Positions 55,283 through 64,000 of a stretch of 64,000 bases of DNA are shown one piece after another (the stretch's first letter is position 1; every line of letters begins with the position of its first letter). The position numbers and the translations under genes were made by a program. The stretch is from assembly GCF_006345805.1 (NCBI RefSeq), contig NC_043002.1, positions 10,044,001 to 10,108,000 on the forward strand, read 5' to 3'. This DNA is from Octopus sinensis (Eukaryota). The notes below the pieces were generated by a model that saw only the letters and a list, made by a program, of their open reading frames with translations, did no database searches and was not told the DNA's origin.

Positions 55283-57642
55283 TATCCTAAGCCCATCTGT
55301 ACATTGAGTCAAACTCCTGCTGCAGGTGTGCAACATCGCTGGGGTTCTGTATTTTCTGCAAGACTTTCGTATCGTCTGCATAGCTGGCCAGAGTGGCTAT
55401 GCGGGCATTTGAGGGCATATCTGAGAGGGCCACTATAAAAAGCAGTGGTCCCAAGACACTGCCCTGTGGAACACCGCTCACTATTTGTGTGTTCATAGAG
55501 GTGGCTCCATTAACCAATACTGCCTGACTCCTATCTTTCAGGAAGTCATTGCCGAGGTCACGCAATTTGTGGCATATCATACCATGATCCACCTTGTCAA
55601 AAGCTTTTGCAAAATCAAGGTAGATTACGTCCACATTTGATTTGTTGAGTAACTGCCTCAACACCCAGTCATAATGTTGTAAGAGCTGGGTCAGGCAGCT
55701 TCTACCTGGTCGAAAACCATGCTGGGTATCACTCAGCAAGTTATTTTTCTCAAGGAATGCGATTAGTTCTTTCAGACTATCCGTTCCATGACTTTGCTGA
55801 TGTGTGAAGTCAGAGAGATAGGCCTATAGTTTTTGGCATCTGCTCTACTTCCCCCTTTATGTATTGGACATATTATTCCCTCCTTCAGCTTGCTTGGCAT
55901 TTTGGCATTAGCAAGAAAGCTCTGGAAGAGAATATTGAGGGGTTTTGCATGGGCATGCTTACACGCTTTGAGGAGGATGGCTGGTAAATCGTCTGGACCA
56001 GCAGCTGAGTTTGTGCCCACTTCATCTATGGCTAATAGGACATCTTTTTCGCTAATGTCAATACATTCCATTGTAACCGCCTAGCTGGTTATAGGTGAGG
56101 CGACAAAGAAGTCCACTGGTTCGTTCACTTGTCTGTGTTCCAACGGGGTGGTAAAGACACTTTTGAACTGGTCATTCAGCATCTCATTGATATTAGTTGG
56201 ACTGTCTGTGAAGGAGCCATCCTTTTGGAGGAGGGGTCCTATCTTGTAGTGCACTGAGACTGTTTCTTTCGCGTAATGAAAGAAGAACTTTGGGTTTGAT
56301 TTAATGTTTTTTATAACCCAGGCTTCTTTGTCTGCTTTCTCCTTCACATAGGATTGTTGCAGACTTTATTCGATCTCCATCAGTGTTGTTTTTAGGCGGG
56401 ATGTTTCGCTACTTTTGGGATGTTGGTTGAGACGATTTGCAACCTTCGTCCGTCGTCTTATGAGGATCTTCCTGTCTCTTGGAATCTTGCTCCTATTTAT
56501 TTTGGCCTTGTGCTCTGGGACATATTTCTGGCATACGGCTTGCACAGAAGACATGAAACATTCTAGTTTCATGTCAATGTCTGGTGTGGAGAGACATTCC
56601 GGCCAGTCCTCTCTGAGGATCTCTTTTGGGATCGATTTCCAATCTGCTTTGTGGAAGTTCAGATTGGAGAGATTTCGGGTGCTCTCCTTTAGGCTGTATG
56701 TCTCTGGTTACTTTTGCCCCAAACATAGACAGCTCTATTATTTTGTGATCCGAAACTGATGTCGGTGTCATTTTCACATCATGAATGATGTCCATATTGT
56801 TCGTGAAGCAGAGATCCAGAATGTTATTCGCCCTAGTTGGCTTGAGTACAATTTGCTCCATGAATAAGGCCTTGGTGAGGTTGAGCAGAGACTCCACCTG
56901 TACTTGCTTGCAATGATTCATTCCTGAGAGTATGAGTCTTTCAGGCCATTTGACGCTGGGGAAGTTGAAATCACCCATAAGAAATATGGTCACGTGGTGT
57001 TCCAGATTCATGAGGATTTCTTTAATTCTTGTGAGGCAATGTTCAAACTTGCCTATGTAATTTGGGGCATCCGGTGGGCAATATGTATTGCATATGACTA
57101 TATTATGTTTTCTTATGTATACAATTAAAGTGTCACATACCGAATTTGAGTATGTCATTAAGACCTGGGTTGTGAGGTCATCTCGGATGTATACAGCAAC
57201 TCCACCATGGCTCCTTTCCCTTCTGTCTGTTCGCAGTATGGCATAGTTTGGTATGTGTACTTTTGCGTCCTCTATATCAGGATTGAGGTGGGTTTCCACA
57301 AGTGCTACACATAGGGCTTGATTGCTTGCAGTAAAATCTTTCAGGAAAGAAATTTTGTTTCTATTTTGAAGCAACAGGCCCCCAAAATTTAGTAAAAGTA
57401 TTGGGGTGACGGCTGTGTAGGCGTTAGGGGAGGCCATCCCGTGTTTGTTGACTGTGGTGGTCTTGCATAGTGGTGGGCAGGGTTCCTTCTCTGTGCTTGG
57501 TGTAGCCAGGCTAGCTGCCGGACAATTCTTTGCGCCATGCATAAAAAAGACTCTTGCTCAGCTGCTGCGTTGCGCAGAACATCTGAGGAGAGCACTTCGT
57601 TTTTGAAAGTTTTCCTGGGAGACATTTCTTGTGTTCCCTCGG
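55283..57642 (-). mobile_element. CR1/L2-group LINE mirror copy: APE + RT, 3'-truncated
   Basis: ORFs 56574-57542, 55772-56071 (NYRPISLTS) and 55287-55739 (QHGFR, YLDFAKAFD, GVPQGSVLGP, YADD). Confidence 0.92.
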
Positions 57643-58800
<1,158 letters not shown>

Positions 58801-59801
58801 GTATGTATATATATATGCTTATATATATGTATATATATATGCTTATATATATATATATATATAATAATAATATTAAGGAATGACCTTAATAGGCCATTCA
58901 ACTCACTAAAACGAGCAGCTAAACTCAAACTGCTAAATAGTAGTAATTCAGAAATCAAAGGAAAATTAAAAACATTTACCCTAATCATCTTTGGACTATG
59001 CATAGTTTCGACGTACTTTTCGGAAAACCAGCCTAATTAAATTAAATTAAATTTAATCATGTCAATTTACCACTGGCCCGTCTCATCGGCCAAAAAGCCA
59101 GGAGGAATAAATATTCCACGAGGCAACAGCATCGATGCCTCGGGAATATATACTCTAAATTTTCAAAATCTACCGTCATCACGCCAACTTATCAGCAGCA
59201 AGTATAAACTGCTGATTTAATATCAGAATTAGCCAAAAAAATCATTAATTAATCAATATAAGGGTAGCAAAAAATTCAATAGAAATTTTTTCGCCACCAG
59301 CTTCTAGTGAGAAAGAAAAAATAGTCAATAGACTATATAATGTACATTCAACAATAATATTAACAGCTATTGAGACTGTTATACGGGGTAAGATAAATAA
59401 ATAAATAAATAAATACGTGTTTCTTGTAAAGGCCCCAAAAAGGCTTTGTGTACTAATACTACTCTTTTACTTGTTTCAGTCATTTGACTTTGGTCATGCT
59501 GGAGCACCGCCTTTAGTCGAGCAAATCGACCCCAGGACTTATTCTTTATAAGACTAATAATTATTCTATTGGTCTCTTATGGCGAACCTCTAAGTTATAT
59601 ATACATATATTTTTATAAGAATGCCATATTAGTATGGCGATAACTATTATTTTCCGGGAACGCTGCCGCTGTTCTCTTTTAGAGAGACTTAGTTATTTTA
59701 ATATTTCTATTATTGAAAACAAGTGGATGTATTCCACCGAAACTAGGTAAATAAAACCATCGAACAGAGATTGTCGGAAGCGACACCTACTGGCTGGCTA
59801 C

Positions 59802-59843
59802 GCTGCATTGAAAAGGGGCAATACCCCGAAACGCGTCTGTAGC
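59802..59843 (+). ncRNA. Minimal type-I hammerhead ribozyme motif with U3-A8 core
   Basis: Stem I GCUGCA/UGUAGC; core UUGAAAA; stem II GGGG-CAAUA-CCCC; GAAA; palindromic stem III ACGCGU; GUC cleavage triplet. Confidence 0.65.
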
Positions 59844-60437
59844 TGCCGGTCAAGTAGTGTGGAGCGACTGACCTCCCTTGTTCGAAGGTTATATGGATAC
59901 AGTTTGTGTATCAAATAGCTAACTTAAGGCGATGGCCTCATGGAGCTAATAAGCGGACAGCTTTTTTCTTATTTTTATAAGAATGCCATATTAGTATGGC
60001 GATAACTATTATATATATATAATATATATATATATATATGTATCTGCGTGAGTGTGTGCATGACTCTGATTGTGCGTGTGTGCATGTGGCGGTGCATCTA
60101 ATTTGAATGTCTTTGAAAACGCTGTGTAAATGCAAAACAGATTGCTGGTGGCGACATCTGCATTCTGAAACAAGAGATGTGAATAATGACAGAAACTACG
60201 TCAGGTGTTGCCTCTTAATCATGGCACACATTTCAACTACCTCATTACATATTAGCTTCAGTTACTTTATTGCTGCCATAAATATCTAACAATATTAAAA
60301 ATCGAATTTTTCATTTAACATTGTGTCGGCGGCGGATAGAAAAACTGCAGGACGTCTGCGACAATATATTGTTTTGTGCAAACTGCAAAATAAATAGATA
60401 AGTAAATAAATAACAAATAAAGCGACATTTTATTTAG

Positions 60438-60509
60438 ATTTGTACTGCGGAGACAAGAATTATCACATAACATTCTTTCATCCTCGAATGGACAAACTAC
60501 ATTCTTCAG
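60438..60509 (+). CDS. Candidate downstream exon B: (D)LYCGDKNYHITFFHPRMDKLHSS
   Basis: Acceptor ttttatttag, donor GTATAAT, 72 nt, phase 1-1. The inverted copy differs by an in-frame 3-nt indel. Link to gene 2 is inferred. Confidence 0.45.
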
Positions 60510-60703
60510 GTATAATATGGTCTGACGCACAAACTGTTTCCAAAAATAATAAATCGGCTTTGGGGATGAGGATATTTATCATCTTATATATATATAGACA
60601 GGTTGATTGAGTTCGAGGTTAAAATAACCGTCTAAGGGACATAAGTATCCATTACATTACCGGTATATTTCCTATATTTCCTATGCAAACATATTATGTT
60701 CAG

Positions 60704-60798
60704 ATATCATACGTAAAGACAAGGATAAACACGGGTTTATCAAGAATCAAAATTTTAAAAAACCCAGAAAAGGAGACGTACCGATTAACAACAATTGA
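60704..60798 (+). CDS. Candidate terminal exon C: (D)IIRKDKDKHGFIKNQNFKKPRKGDVPINNN*
   Basis: Acceptor atattatgttcag; phase matches exon B; TGA at 60796-60798; AATAAA at 60930-60935. Confidence 0.4.
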
Positions 60799-62417
60799 CT
60801 TACATCAGTTATTATTTATTAATTCAATGCAAATAGACTTCATCTCATCTAACAGCTGTTTCTGTTTCCAATGTTACATGGTATTGCCACTGATACTCAA
60901 AATATGTAAAAATATTAATCATAGTTTTTAATAAAACCGATCTGAAACAGGGAGTTTTATTAGAGTGAGGAATAAATAGAGAACAAGAGCATAAAGAACA
61001 AAAAGGGTGAAGTTGAATATGGTTGTAATCATACCTATTTCTTTAATACCCACAAGGTGCTAAACACAAAGGAGACAAACAAGGACAGACAAACGGATTA
61101 AGTCGATTACATCGACTCCAGTGCGTAACTGGTACTTAATTTATCGACCCCGAAAGGATGAAAGGCAAAGTCGACCTTGGCGGAATTTGAACTCAGAACG
61201 TAACGGCAGACGAAATACGGCTACGCAATTCGCCCGGGGTGCTAACGCTTCTGCCAGCTCGCCGCCTATGGTTGTAATCATACCATTTTACTTAAGTGTC
61301 TCCTTGGGCCGTTAAGTTAAGGACTTAAACAAAATGGCAATTGGTGGATTAATCCTTTGTAATGGGTGAGGGTAAGATGGAAAACAAAAATAATAGTGGG
61401 ATACGCCAATAGGTATTAGTCGGAGAAGGGGTGTAGATACAGTAAGTTTTTATATTAAACATAATAATTTATAATAGTTGTGTTTGTAATATTAATTAAT
61501 AGTATTAATCATAATAAAGTGCTAATTGGTTAAATGCAATTCATTTATTTACTAGGGTGTGAAGACGCATGGCTCAGTGGTTAGAGCGTCGAGCTTACGA
61601 TCGTGAGGTTGTGAGCTCGAATCCCGGACCGGGCTGCATCTTGTGTTCTTGAGCAAGACACTTTATTTCATGTTGTTCCAGTTCACTCAACTGTAGAAAT
61701 GAGTTGAGACGTCACGGGTGCCAAGCTGTATCGGCCTTTGCCTTTCCCTTGGATAACACTGGTGGCGTGGAGAGGGGAGGCCGGTATGCATGGGCGACTG
61801 CTGGTCTTCCATAAACAACCTTTCTCAGACTTGTGCATCGGAGGATAACTTTCTAGGTGCAATCCCATGGTCTGTGTCGTGACCGAAGGGGGTCTCAGTA
61901 GGTAGTTAAGCCCTTTCACATGTTGTCTGAAGTGAGATAGGTCAAGGTCGAACTTTCGATGTAATTGTTCAGTCGAAATTTAAGATCAAAAGATCAGCTA
62001 TTGAGAGTGTTATACGGGGTAAGATAAGTAAATAAATAAATAAATACGATGTTGGTTTTTTGTAAAGGGCCCAAAAATGCTTTGTGTACAAATACTACTC
62101 TTTTACTTGTTTCAGCCATCTGACTTTGGTCATGCTGGAGCACCGCCTTTAGTCGAGCAAATCGACCCCAGGACTTATTCTTTGTAAGCCTAGTACTTAT
62201 TCTATCGGTCTCTTATGGCGAACAGCTAAGTTACAGTGACGTAAACACACCAGCATCAGTTTTGAAGCGATGTTGGGAGCACAAACACACAAACATAAGC
62301 ACACACACACACGCACATATATATATATATATACACACATTTATATCTTATATTAAACTTTTAATACTTTTTGATAGTTTAAAATTGAAAAAAAAATAAT
62401 AATAAATAAATAATAAA

Positions 62418-62448
<31 letters not shown>

Positions 62449-62656
62449 TAATAAATATATATATATATATATTTAAAATTTATAAGTTTAATTTATCAAT
62501 TTAAATATTTTTTTTAAATTTTAACTTTAATTTAAATATTTTAATTGGATTTTTATATTTTATATTTTATATTTTTTATAATTTTTAATTAATTTTATTT
62601 CTATGTATTGGCTTATGATTTTCACTGTTTGATTTGCCTAATAGTTTTATCCCTAA

Positions 62657-62776
<120 letters not shown>

Positions 62777-63764
62777 TATATACGACGGGCTTCTTTCAGT
62801 TTCAGTCTACCTAATTCATTCACAAGGCTTTGGTCGGCCCGAGGCTATAGTAGAAGACACTTGGCCAAGGTGCCACGCATTGGGACTGAACCCGGAGCCA
62901 TGTGGTTCGTAAGCAAGCTACTTACCACACAGCCATTCCTATGCTTATTAAACAAATAACATTATGGAATAAATATTAAGAGAGGAACTTATTCGGACAC
63001 TTAGGGAATAAGACGGTTCGGATTGTAAAATGTCCAACAGTTTGTGAATATGAATACGAAATTAGTAAAAACATTGAATCGAATTAATACCGGAGGAAAG
63101 TTATTGAAATATATCTGGTTAAGGGGAGGTAATAACTAGGGAAAATGGCCATAATTAGTGACTGCTAATTTTGCAGCTAGTTGATTAAATGATCTTAAAA
63201 TCAACCAGCCTAATGGTCAAATAAATAAGTAGAAGTAGATATCGTTAATTAAATTAATGATTACAACTTATAGTTAAAATTTAAGATTGAAAATTAAAAT
63301 ACTTGCAGATTGTTTTTATAGATGTAAGCTCTTACGTCATGCCTTCATACACACAAAAAGGAAAATTCAACATACATATAAATGCACACACATATATGGG
63401 TATTCACGTATGCCAGTTTTAAGAAATAATCCCCCATCCAAGTATTAATACATATAATCACAATAATAACGATATTAATAGCGGTAGATAAGTACTGGCT
63501 CTAAAACAATGATCAAGCAAATACATAACTAAATATATAACTTAATATTTCTACATATTTTGAATATCAATGGCAATACCATATAACACTGGAAGCAGAA
63601 ACAGCTGTTAGATGAGATGCAGTCTGTTTGCATTGAATAAATAAATAATAATTGATGTAAGTCAATTGTTGTTAATCAGTACTTTTCCATTTTCTTTTTT
63701 CTTCAAATTTTGCATACATACATACATTCATACATACACACACACACACACATACATACATACA

Positions 63765-63797
<33 letters not shown>

Positions 63798-64000
63798 GTA
63801 TATGTATGTATATACAATTGAAATTTACAGAGAACAGAAGACGAGGACGGGTGTAGGAACGACAAGCAGGCGTATTAGTTCACCGCTCGGGAAGAATGGA
63901 AATGGAACTGACACTCTTCTACAGAAAGGATTAAAAGGAAAAACAAAATCGGAGAGAGAGAAAGTGAGCAGAGTCCAATGCTCTAACATGAAGAGGTGAC

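Noticed and set aside
58985-59035. Minus-strand GAAA-CUAUGCAUAG-UC resembling a hammerhead 3' half
   Set aside because: The upstream core is CCGAAAA, with no convincing stem I or II.

Overview
Repeat-dense, AT-rich eukaryotic DNA. The SINE, LINE, Penelope-like element (PLE) and microsatellite content looks like an octopus (coleoid cephalopod) genome; this is inference from pattern recognition. Two divergently transcribed paralogous genes, missed by the ORF track, are hidden among the repeats. Gene 1 (minus, 13807->144) has four coding exons and encodes 136 aa. Gene 2 (plus) has exons at 24915, 30358 and 34341, and its terminal exon is uncertain. Both have a signal-peptide exon, 123-nt and 132-nt phase-1 exons and identical spacing of 10 cysteines. 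I recognise no protein family. The right half is a large diverged inverted duplication (36000-~44280 vs ~55280-64000, possibly continuing past the window) that carries candidate terminal exons. The window also holds several hammerhead-ribozyme motifs tied to PLEs, including a U3-A8 covariant core. The rest is fragments of R4/Dong, CR1-like, RTE, L1/Tx1, PLE, Tc1/mariner, Helitron and MITE elements and several tRNA-SINE families. All translations and alignments were done by eye.
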